Assembly: GCF_003704095.1 (NCBI RefSeq)
Contig: NW_020844174.1
Location: 310,001-374,000, forward strand
Source of the DNA: Pocillopora damicornis
Taxonomy: Eukaryota
Reading direction: 5' to 3'
Length of the DNA stretch: 64,000 nucleotides
Below are positions 40,801 to 56,520 of the stretch, in pieces (the stretch's first letter is position 1; every line of letters begins with the position of its first letter). The notes under the pieces are model-generated. The model was given only the letters and a program-made list of their open reading frames with translations. It was not told the DNA's origin and made no database searches. Both the position numbers and the translations under genes were made by a program.

Positions 40801-43580
40801 GCTGAGGGGGGTCATGAAAGCAAGCTGCGTCTTTGCATTGTGAGCGAAATGCTGAATCGTGTGAAAGGCTTAGAAATGACCCGCACTTTTAAAGAAGTTC
40901 AAGAAACAAAAAGGTGTGTCCGGCTTTTAGAGATGATTGATATAGTGGAGTACGTGTTTTCCAGCGCCCTGGCTGGAAAAGATCTGGGCGCTCTCTGGAA
41001 TAAGATGTTTGTTAACATTGGAAACGTGCCTGGGTCGCGCCGATTTGGCTGGTTTTGGAATCAGTTTACCGATCTGAACACTACAGAGCTCGATGAAGAT
41101 GCCTATGCGAATCTGATCGAAATATGGCACTTAGTGGAAGATGCCTTTAGGGAGTTACTGGGAACCCTCTCAGGAGAACTAAACTTGTTAGTTCAGAAGT
41201 TCTACATAAGGACCTGTGAAAAGAAAAGGAAATTCGAGATTGAGCATGCTTACCGTGGCCTGTCCGCTGGACATAAACCACAGCAGATTTCTCTCCACCA
41301 AATTTCCCAAGAGATGGTAGACGATCTGGCTGAATCCTACGTCGATGAGAAAAATTCATCCTGGGCAAACCTGCATAAAGCAATTCCTGCCGACAGCAAG
41401 AATAAAGTGGAGGTTTTACGTAACGTAAGGGATAAAACAGAGAAAGAAGGGAGCGAGAAAGGTTTTGATGCCTTTAAACAAACCTTGAAGAGGTATTTGG
41501 GTATAATCCCCGAGAATGTCTTGATGTCTGTCATCGTTGGCTTCACTGGACAACTTTTTTTACATGCGAAAGAAACACTGACACTTAAACTTGAATACAT
41601 CAAGATCCCAGAGTTGGATTTAGACTGAAATTTTATTAACTGTCGGAAGATCGGTGATCATCTAACCATGGTGCAGTGAGGGAACTTGCACAAAATCAAA
41701 ATCATTAACTTTTCACTAATTTGACAAACTACGTTTTGGTTAGTACGAACAAGTCGATTCAGTTGAGCTCAAACGGACATTATTTCAGATAAGAATTTGT
41801 ATTAAATTGTTACCCTCCTCTCTTAAAATTTTTACTTTACAAGGAATAAAGAAAATGTTCCACTAGACATAGATTGACATACTTTCAGAGGTTCTTTTAT
41901 TCCGAATGGCGTTAGTAAATATGATTAAAGGTTTCAGCCGTCCCTGCTTAGCTAGAGTTCCCTTGTAATTTTTTGCTCATTGTTACCGAGTGCTGGTTTT
42001 GGTTGGGAACCACGCCTTATCAACACTTTCCTGGGGTGAACGCCCAGTTCCAGGGACAACCGAAAAATCTGGGCAGATGATGAGCACTCAAGCTACCCTT
42101 TCTTCCCATCCTCGTATTCTACGCAAAAACTTTGGCGACAAAAGAGCGAATTGCGGCAGAATTGGGTAGGGCTGAAAGGGTTGAAGCACTGAGCAAAATC
42201 ACTCACTCTGATAAGTTGCTTTCAGCAAATATCCTGTTCTTCGAAAAGGGTCTCAGTGTCTCTCACAGAAGGGATTGACATGTAATTTCTTCTAACAATA
42301 TCTAACCATTTCTCAGCGCATTGACTATGAGAATAAACAAGTTATTAGCTTCAGGGTGTCATTGATACATGACATCAAATTCTCTGACCAAACCAATTTA
42401 CGAGGCAGTGTATAGCAGCTAGAGGAAAGAATTATGAACTACAGCTTGGGGCTTGAGCTAACAGTCTCAACAACTTTGTCAGGCTCTTTCTCAGGGTCAG
42501 GCCATAAAGAATAGGATAATGTTCTATCACACAACATTCCCTTTCCTTCTTAGTCAATTGTGTCAGGGATCATAGAAAACTAATTTCCCCACAGCGTTTT
42601 AAGTGAAGGTTAAACACCCTTCCCCAATGTTGACGTGAGGGAGTTGGAATAACTGTACAGGAGAAGTGATTGGGAGCAAGGCAGCAAAAGCTTGGTTTTC
42701 GAATTGTTGACAAAGATATGTCTAATTGTATTTTCAAAATCCCATTCTCATCTGCAGAACAATTCAGTCCTCCGGGATGTCAATCGAGGAAACATGGCTG
42801 TTGTTGGAATAATTTACGTGCCAGAGGGCCAAATGGACAAGGATGCCCAGGTAAGTGACACCTTGGCGACCTCAAAATCAGTTATCCACACTGTCTACCA
42901 TACATTCCTATACAGTCCAACCGTCAAAGTTCAGCCTTTGTTTAACAAAACCACATTCTAAGCCATCTCCAATTTAGCCGAACTTTTCATCTGAGCATTT
43001 AATTTTGTGAACAGTGTCAAGAGGGCCGAAAGCCAAAAGTGGAAGGACATATATTTAATTAAATTAACCCTCTCAGAGAGAATCCCTGAGGCCCACTGCT
43101 TGCATCTAACCAGACCTCGTTTAATAACCGGTCCTCAGAGTTTGGTGATAAATAAAACAATGTCCCCTAGTTGATCTGTTTCTTTATTCTCATTACCTTT
43201 CTACTACAAATTGTGTTAAAATTGGGAGGAGAAATTATTCTTTTGTTATTCCTGGGAGTAAAAAGGTTAAAAATAAATAAAGAAATAAAAACCAATAGAT
43301 TACTTTTCAATTTAACTCACATTTAATGACAATCAGCATATGCAACATTTTTCAGTAAAGCAATGGTATTCAGTGCAACAGCTCTCAATCCTTGATGAAT
43401 GTGGAATGGTTTATGAGACTCCCCTCCTCACAATATGCTTATTTCTTGATTATCTTAGTCTGTCGGGACTCTTATAGACGCTTGTGCAAACTTTTTGGCC
43501 ACCTATGCTCCCAAAAGGGAACAAGTGGAAAGTTCGTTCGATATCACTGCTTCCAAACATGTGGATGGTGTGACAAGTAG
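34821..43580 (+). CDS. Secreted ShK toxin-domain protein (199 aa): signal peptide - pro-region - ShKT - Cys-rich linker - ShKT
   Basis: Exons 34821-34902, 35087-35266, 38559-38681, 42758-42850, 43459-43580; all introns GT-AG and phase 1, total 600 nt in frame. MACLKEIATFLFLGFLLDFSRA signal; RLKR and KKR basic sites; CKDKEREAKSGMCKSWAKSDYCKKAKSVMETYCPKECGFC; GCQSRKHGCCWNNLRARGPNGQGCP; CRDSYRRLCKLFGHLCSQKGTSGKFVRYHCFQTCGWC. Confidence 0.8.
36899..37328. mobile_element. tRNA-containing retroelement inserted as an inverted duplication with 14-bp TSD
   Basis: Arms ~36898-37069 and 37113-37285 are near-identical reverse complements; CATCTTATTTTTCA repeated at 36885-36898 and 37329-37342. Confidence 0.88.
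37161..37232 (+). ncRNA. tRNA-like cloverleaf (SINE-type Pol III unit, not a canonical tRNA)
   Basis: GTCTCTG TG GCTC AGTGGTA GAGC A TCGGA GCGCAAA TCCGA AGGTC TGAGG TTCGATT CCTCA TGGGGAC; A and B boxes intact, T6 run just downstream; anticodon loop lacks U33. Confidence 0.7.
39235..39410. mobile_element. Degenerate palindromic non-autonomous element upstream of the cGLR
   Basis: tattgaccaagc..tcaaggataccggatattaacc..ttctttttt vs aaaaaaagaactcaaccaatatccaaccatctcgacc..gcttattcagta. Confidence 0.5.
39545..39660 (+). promoter_or_regulatory. Candidate immune-inducible promoter of the cGLR (STAT GAS and IRF-like sites)
   Basis: TTCCGGGAA at 39605-39613 (exact TTCNNNGAA); GAAAGTAAAACT at 39545-39556 (one mismatch to GAAAGTGAAACT). 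Confidence 0.4.
39769..41628 (+). CDS. cGAS-like receptor (cGLR; Mab21/cGAS-family nucleotidyltransferase), 619 aa, intronless, with long C-terminal extension
   Basis: ATG in GCCATGG context; NTase motif HSGSVYEGAKVRQPDEFDFMV, third acidic residue in SVDLT, Mab21 helical-lobe motifs WRVSFSTAE, CYRVLK, SYMFKTVLL, NFLIPRCNQL; AATAAA at 41845-41850. Confidence 0.92.
   Translation: MAEIVEEFERKARFKDEIEADLIRKKLETLVISILTKVEQRDERFESTLIHSGSVYEGAKVRQPDEFDFMVKLNSLTNKPSFHQCEKREGYVKLALEETEWREFQDEEGFFSPNMVCRHFKKLVNECLSEAEVPKELQIRRASQELLGGSWGPVFSDILGSSGAEDSASGVIYSETHGPATTLYIDWQGGETYKGLTVSVDLTLTIEYPLSSLPVQLRSIPQEAEAILHEKGFQVVPAAFDMWRVSFSTAERRMLTSAPDGFKTCYRVLKTLRDDISEKLMLESSLLPSYMFKTVLLSELFSKPTHFWENEILSQRIIHVLEIVLQGVKRGEIQNFLIPRCNQLAEGGHESKLRLCIVSEMLNRVKGLEMTRTFKEVQETKRCVRLLEMIDIVEYVFSSALAGKDLGALWNKMFVNIGNVPGSRRFGWFWNQFTDLNTTELDEDAYANLIEIWHLVEDAFRELLGTLSGELNLLVQKFYIRTCEKKRKFEIEHAYRGLSAGHKPQQISLHQISQEMVDDLAESYVDEKNSSWANLHKAIPADSKNKVEVLRNVRDKTEKEGSEKGFDAFKQTLKRYLGIIPENVLMSVIVGFTGQLFLHAKETLTLKLEYIKIPELDLD
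43150..43270. mobile_element. piggyBac-type MITE fragment (right end)
   Basis: ttattctcattacct...ggagaaattattc...ctgggagtaaaaaggTTAA. Confidence 0.5.
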
Positions 43581-44921
43581 GTCATTTATGTCAATCAATC
43601 TTGTACTTATGTCGTGTTACACCTGCCTGTCTGCCCACCTGAATTGTTAAAAAACAAATAATAAATTACTGCGAGTTGTTGGAGGCAATCTACCGGATAA
43701 CTTAGAAAAGAAGTTGGGTTAAAGTTTGCATCATAGAAGCATTGTTTCTAGCTAACATTAGCATTGTGTGAGTGCTTCTCCTCAGACCATTTCAAATAAT
43801 ACAATAAACACCCTTATGAGCCTTCTACACTTGCCCTCCTCCCCCCTAAAGCCTTCCAATCATCTCTTTGTCCCCCCCCCCTTCCTCCTTGTCTCACCAT
43901 ATGGAGTCACCAATAATAATTGCAGATTGCAACAATTCAATTTTGGTTCTGCTGTTCTTCATCATTTGATGCTATAGTGCTTAACTGCTATACAAAAAAA
44001 ATTGTCTAGCAGCATGGCAGTCAAAACATGGTGAGCCAAAGTGTTATTAATAACTCTGTATCACTGTAAAACAAATTATTTCATTTAAGACTTGCACTAA
44101 AGCTCATTTACATCTGTAGGGTTGCTCAGCTCAGAGCTGAAGAGTCAACCGGTGCTGTGTAGTCTATGGAAGTTCTCTGTTGCAACCAACTATTAACAGT
44201 GTCTTGGTATGAAACCTTTGAAGTACTGCAGACACAGACATAATGAAAGAACCGTCCATTATGAGGACTTGTGCACACCTAATCAAAGACATGTTAGCCA
44301 CCCACAATGATTCTCAATATCATTGTGTATGTTTAGTGAAAAGGCTTACACAGCACAAAAGTGATTTCAAAGAAAAACACCTGCACAAAAATTTTGTATT
44401 CCACAAGTTAGCTACACATGGTGAAGGTTGTGAGAAATCTCAGTTTGTAGCATTTTGGTGTTTATATCAATCTGTATCTACAATTATAATTGAGGGAATT
44501 TGTGCAAAAAAGGGCATATATTGCTTTTGGGGCCCACTTCCATTTTTCTGCAGCATCAAGCAAAATTTAGCCCTACTGACTTGTTTGCCAAGAAAAAGTG
44601 ATCATTATTTGCCTGGGCTGACTCAATCCTTGTTTTTGAGAAACATGTGTGCAAACTGTTTTATACATTGGGGTATAATCATTTATTGGTGCCACTATCT
44701 TAATCTTGAATGGCCACCGTAAGTCTTCTGGGCACAGTTTTAATGAAGTCGTGTGTATGTAAAGAAAACACTCTTTGAAAATGTAAGGCAAACGTTATTC
44801 TTACAGACAATAGTTTTTCAAGGATGCATAATATTTAACAGTAATTGCATTTAGTTTTCCCAAGATACTTCTGCCACTAACATAAATCATGACCTTAATA
44901 ATTCTTGTTATCATGTTTTAC

Positions 44922-45110
44922 TCTTTAACACTCCCAAGATCTGATTGTTAATTCTCCCCTCTAGCTTATAAATTAGTTCAGAGAAGTTGGTGTTGAATCA
45001 AGATAACAACTTCTACCTGACAAGTTTGAGTATTCTTGTTACCTGCTTGCTGGAAAAGGTACAGATATTACTGGGAGAATTTACATCTTAAACACTTCTG
45101 AGAGTTAGAG
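44922..45110. mobile_element. piggyBac-type MITE, degenerate ends
   Basis: ctcccaagatctgattgttaattctcccctctagc... nearly identical internally to 10372-10585. Confidence 0.75.
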
Positions 45111-46560
45111 ATGAACATCACTCAATACTCTCCTCAATAATCATTACTAACACAGACCTAAGCCCTAGCAGCTCCTTTTATATTGAATTATCCTTTCAGA
45201 AATGATAATAAATTAAGTTCTGTTTCCCATAATATTTCTTCTTAGTCTAAGGCAGTGTACACATATATTTATAGAAAAAGTCACTATATAATTTATGCCC
45301 ACTTTTTTTCTACCAAGAGTGTTTTCTGAATCAACTAGATTTTTTAATGAACCTCTTTCATTACAGCAGGCTTAATAAATATCCTTCATGTAAATTAGCC
45401 TTACCAGCTCTATCAACCTAGTAAAACCACAAGAATGCTAGCTAAAAAGCCAGGCTGAGAAGACCTATTTGCATGTGTCTAATAATAAGATAATCATTCC
45501 TACTGCAACAAAACATGTCTCTTTGTCCTACAACAGCCCAAGAAGCATTGGGGGTCATAAATCAATATTGGGAAGAAATATTTTTTAAGGGAACCAAAGG
45601 AAAGTACATTTTCGCTTAACTCTAAGAAGGTCATACTGTAATATATAGCCAATTGAATCAACATATACCATCTGAGTGGCACAGCCGAATATTTGGAATA
45701 AAGTAAAACTTAACGAATGGTATCTTTGTGATATTAAAATTCTGATATTTCCTTTCCCATGTAATTTAAAATTTGCTGTTAGCACTTCAAGGTGTTTAAG
45801 AATTCCCCTTTCTAAATTACTTACAAATAGGTCCCAAATAAACTGCAACAGACCCTAGTTTCACAAAAACAGAGTTCTCACAATCAAGATGGCTACCCCT
45901 AAAAAAGACTTGATGATCTGATAAGGTGACAAAGGCAAAATGGAAATTTGATTTTTACCTCAATCACAACCACAACTGCCAGTTTCTTGTTTCCCTTGCA
46001 ATTTCCTAACAAAGAAAGTTAATTTTGTTATCACAGGATAAAAATAGACTAACATTTCTGTTGTTTAGTTTAATCAAGGATTAAGCAGTAGGTGTTGATC
46101 TCACATGAAATATATTCTCCCTTTGGGCTGATACCCAATTTCCTTTGTCTCCAATCCCTCCTTGTGCATTATCAGAGTAGGTTTAAAATGAGGTTTTTGG
46201 CATATTTTGAAATCAACCTTGATTTTAAAGGCAACTCATGGAGTTAACCTTGAATTCAAGGTTGACTTGAAATAAACCTTAAGTTCTTGCACATTTTGAA
46301 GTCAGCCTTGATTTCAAAAGAAGGTTGCAGGTAAAGATTTTTGGTCAGGGAAGACATATCCCTTGTACAGTGAAGAAAGGGGTACAAAAAAGCAAAGGTT
46401 GAATCCATCACTCACAAAAGAAATAAAACCTGCTCTTGATCCAAAGCATGAAGAGTTGATTGCTAAGAAGGATAACAATATCATGGAGTTCCAGAGGTCC
46501 ATACAGGCGGAAAAATGGAAATCAGTTTGACAGGCGGAAAGACGGAAATCAGTTTGACTT

Positions 46561-47191
46561 CTTCATGGCAGATAATACGGAGGGTTTGATGTAAGCTGGG
46601 ATGGTGAGACTGAATCAGTTGATTGAGGCATTCAATTATTGTATTCTCAATGTATAAGTCAATGTCAGATCATCAATTTTGGGTTCATTAGGAAGTGCTG
46701 AGGAAGCCCAGCATGAGTCCTTCATTCTAGTTGAAGATGCAATCAGAAAGCCAGACATTTCAAAGAGTGTTCAGAGGTTTCAGCTCACCATTGATGAAGC
46801 AAAAGTCAGGCTTGATCTTGCAGTCTCACCAGGCACTTGGTTCATACCCTCAATTACTCTTCTGAACACTCAGAGTACTGTTGGGTATAATAACACCTGA
46901 AGAAGGCAAGTTCTGACATAAAGCTCATAGTCAACAAATCAGTGAATTTGGAGATGAAATCAGTTGGAGGAAGGCACACGAATGGGGGCTCATCAAAAAA
47001 TAACAGACCAACCTCTCACCAGTCAAATCCAATTAATCAGACTTCAACTGAAGTTCATGTGAAGACAAAATCATCAAATAAAGATAAAACACAGAGCTCA
47101 AGCCAGAGAGACTAATTATGATATAGTAAAGGTCAGTTTGATTTCTGCAGGTCTGGTCTTGGCCTTCTTGATTCATCATTTTTTATTCTGA
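46561..47191 (+). pseudogene. Decayed Maverick-type accessory ORF
   Basis: FMADNTEGLM*AGMVRLNQLIEAFNYCILNV*VNVRSSILGSLGSAEEAQ..VEDAIRKPDISKSVQRFQL..GTWFIPS..VGYNN ... C-terminal hydrophobic KVSLISAGLVLAFLIHHFLF*; in-frame stops. Confidence 0.55.
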
Positions 47192-47425
47192 AATCACTCA
47201 ACCATGAATATTGCAACCCCCAGGATCAGAAGCCATGCATTTTGACTGAGGAAGCTGATAACTGATTCAGCAGCTCTGGATATGAAGCCAATGATCAAAC
47301 TTATTAGACTGGGTAGAATTGCAGCAAATTTACCTCCAAGAGTCTTAAAACCATCTCAAACTCCCTTGGCAACAGACTTAAGGCCTTTTCCAACTGCCAA
47401 GACAACAGCATTCAAGATGATAATA
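47176..47425 (-). pseudogene. Decayed Maverick-type membrane-active ORF C-terminus
   Basis: IILNAVVLAVGKGLKSVAKGV*DGFKTLGGKFAAILPSLISLIIGFISRAAESVISFLSQNAWLLILGVAIFMVE*FQNKK*; convergent with and overlapping the + strand remnant. Confidence 0.55.
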
Positions 47426-48569
47426 TTCACATGTTCACTCATGGACACTTTAGAACTCATGAGTGAGACATTGTGAAAAATCTGAAGAGGGTGTGAAATT
47501 TTTCAAAGGGCACAATTCCCTGAATAATTTAACTTGTCTTTGAAATAAAGGTTGACTTCAAATGTGCAAGAACTGAACTTTGAAATCAAGGTTGATTTCA
47601 AGGTTAGCTTCATGAGTTGCCTTTAAAATCAAGGTTGATTTCAAAATGCACCAGAAACCCCATTTTATAACTACTTTCAGCCTTAGGACACTAAGGAAAT
47701 TGAGAATTTATCGAGGCAAATTTTTTTTGTAAGATTAAACTCTACTCACAACATAAACAGTGAATTCTGTGGTTGAATGAAAGTAAATACTGATTCAGCC
47801 CATAGGAACAAATTCTGAAGTGAGAGGGCTTGAAACTCACCTTTATTTTGGTGAATCATGTTGGGTCAGAGGCCCTCTCTTTTTTGGTAGGGTGGGGTTG
47901 GGAGGAGTTCTGAGGGTATCTCCCTCTAGGGGAATTGTTAAAACCTGCAAGCTCTTTTACCACTTGGGATAGTTTTACACACTCTTGAGGATTGAAATAG
48001 CATATCAGAGAGCAGTCTAGAGATGATGGACATCACACACCACCAGAAAAAATTGAACAAACATTTAAGCTTACGTACCATTATGACATTAATGAAAAAT
48101 AGCATTTTTGTCTCTAAGTAATACACTTAATGTTGTCATTAATTGTCTTTAATACATTTTCTCCCAAAGAGTGGAGCCATGTCCTCTCCTCTGCTTCTGT
48201 AGCCCCACTTTAACAGCAAGTAAACTGAACTGAGCTGGATTCAAACACACCAATTTTTAAGTTATAATAATTTGAATTTCTTTGAAAGGAAAAACCATAC
48301 AAAACCCGAAAAATCAAATACCGAGAACTACGCAAGGGAACGAAGTGACCCATCCCCAGTACTGTACATACAACAAAATCAACATTATATTGCTCCGACT
48401 AGAGCACCGATTTTTTCTGTCTTTAATGTTAAATAGCGATTTGTTAAAATTCCTACCATTGTTTGCGAGCATTGAGAGATACATGAAAAACCTTCTTACG
48501 CAAACAGTGCAATATCGACTCTTTTTCTAGCTCCGCTGACGTTTAAATTAAGTAAATGAAATAAGTTAC

Positions 48570-48721
48570 CTTTTATTTTCGGAACATGAGCGTTGAAATG
48601 CCTCCCATTCTTTTGTGCATTTAGATCTGTCACCGTTATTTCTATCCAAGCATTCTTTCAATGCGTTATGATCACAAAATGGCGTTACAGTCCTGAAATT
48701 TTCTGTATCAGCGTCCGCCAT
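48570..48721 (-). CDS. Small twin-cysteine (CHCH/Cox19-like) protein, first coding exon; downstream exon not resolved
   Basis: aacATGGCG start; MADADTENFRTVTPFCDHNALKECLDRNNGDRSKCTKEWEAFQRSCSENK then AAAG|gtaact donor. Confidence 0.65.
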
Positions 48722-48952
48722 GTTGGGTTCAAATAACCAGAACACACTGCGAAATTAGCCGGCTGCTCATGCGCATTTTAGTCGCTTTGCATCATGGGTT
48801 GGCCGTTTTTACGAAGTGCTTGAAATAGAGCGGTGTTTGAGTTCAAAATTGATAGACTGTGAAGGAGAAATAGCCGATTCTGTGGTATTTTATGCGGTCG
48901 AAGAGCCGCTTCTGAAGGTGACGAGGATAATTCAAGGCGAATCTAAGACAAG
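48722..48952. promoter_or_regulatory. Bidirectional promoter and probable LIS1 non-coding first exon
   Basis: CpG-richer patch between the divergent genes; TGCGCATG (NRF1-like) at ~48768-48775; candidate donor caag|gttggt at 48952. Confidence 0.45.
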
Positions 48953-49550
48953 GTTGGTCTTCATCAGAGTAAAAGCTTTGTAAATACGAAAACTGACGTA
49001 ATTCTTGATGGCTAGCCAGCGCGTAGTTAGCTCAGAGCATGGGTGGGTTTAGCTTGCCTCTGTTAAAATATGCGTAATATTATGACTGTGTGGCAATCTG
49101 ACATTCACCTAGCTTTTTTGTTTAAGGCATAACCCTTTTGAATTTCAACAGTGTTTCCTCTAACGCCCGACAAGTCTTGTTTCTAAAGCGAAAACGATCT
49201 TTCAACCAAGGCCCTTATAAAGTTGAGTTTCACACTGATCATGTTAGGTGACTTTGTTCAATGATCTACTTTTATCAAACGATATTACGATATCCTAACC
49301 GGTACAATTGAACCGGCTTTCTCTCTTGTGGTAGGTTCCTTTAGATAAAGACTTACGCCTTTTGTTGATTTCTTGTTTTCTGTATGGCCCCTCAGAATAG
49401 CAGAGGTTGTGGCTGTGAGCGTTACTCGAACAATTGTGATGGTTACAGTGTACAGATCACCGCGAAAGGAATGTTTTCACAGCAATCCAAGGTCGTAGTT
49501 GCTTGATTTAGATGAAAGTTGATTGAGGAAATTAGAAAAAATTCTGAGCC

Positions 49551-56520
<6,970 letters not shown>

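Larger units (their letters stand above)
46176..47675. mobile_element. Internally deleted Maverick/Polinton-like element (1.5 kb) with ~150-bp TIRs
   Basis: AGTAGG... / ...ACTACT termini; TIRs ~46176-46327 and ~47531-47675; decayed coding remnants inside; flanks atcag/ttcag only partly match a TSD. Confidence 0.7.

Noticed and set aside
41280-41310. pLxIS IRF-recruiting motif in the cGLR tail (QQISLHQIS)
   Set aside because: Spacing is LxxIS, not pLxIS
39703-41628. Bacterial CBASS operon or contaminant contig
   Set aside because: Embedded among spliceosomal genes and animal repeats, Mab21-type lobe, no adjacent Cap effector; the ORF track's TTG start was replaced by ATG 39769
44243-44722. 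159-aa ORF
   Set aside because: AT-rich with random-like composition and no motif; probably UTR or intronic sequence
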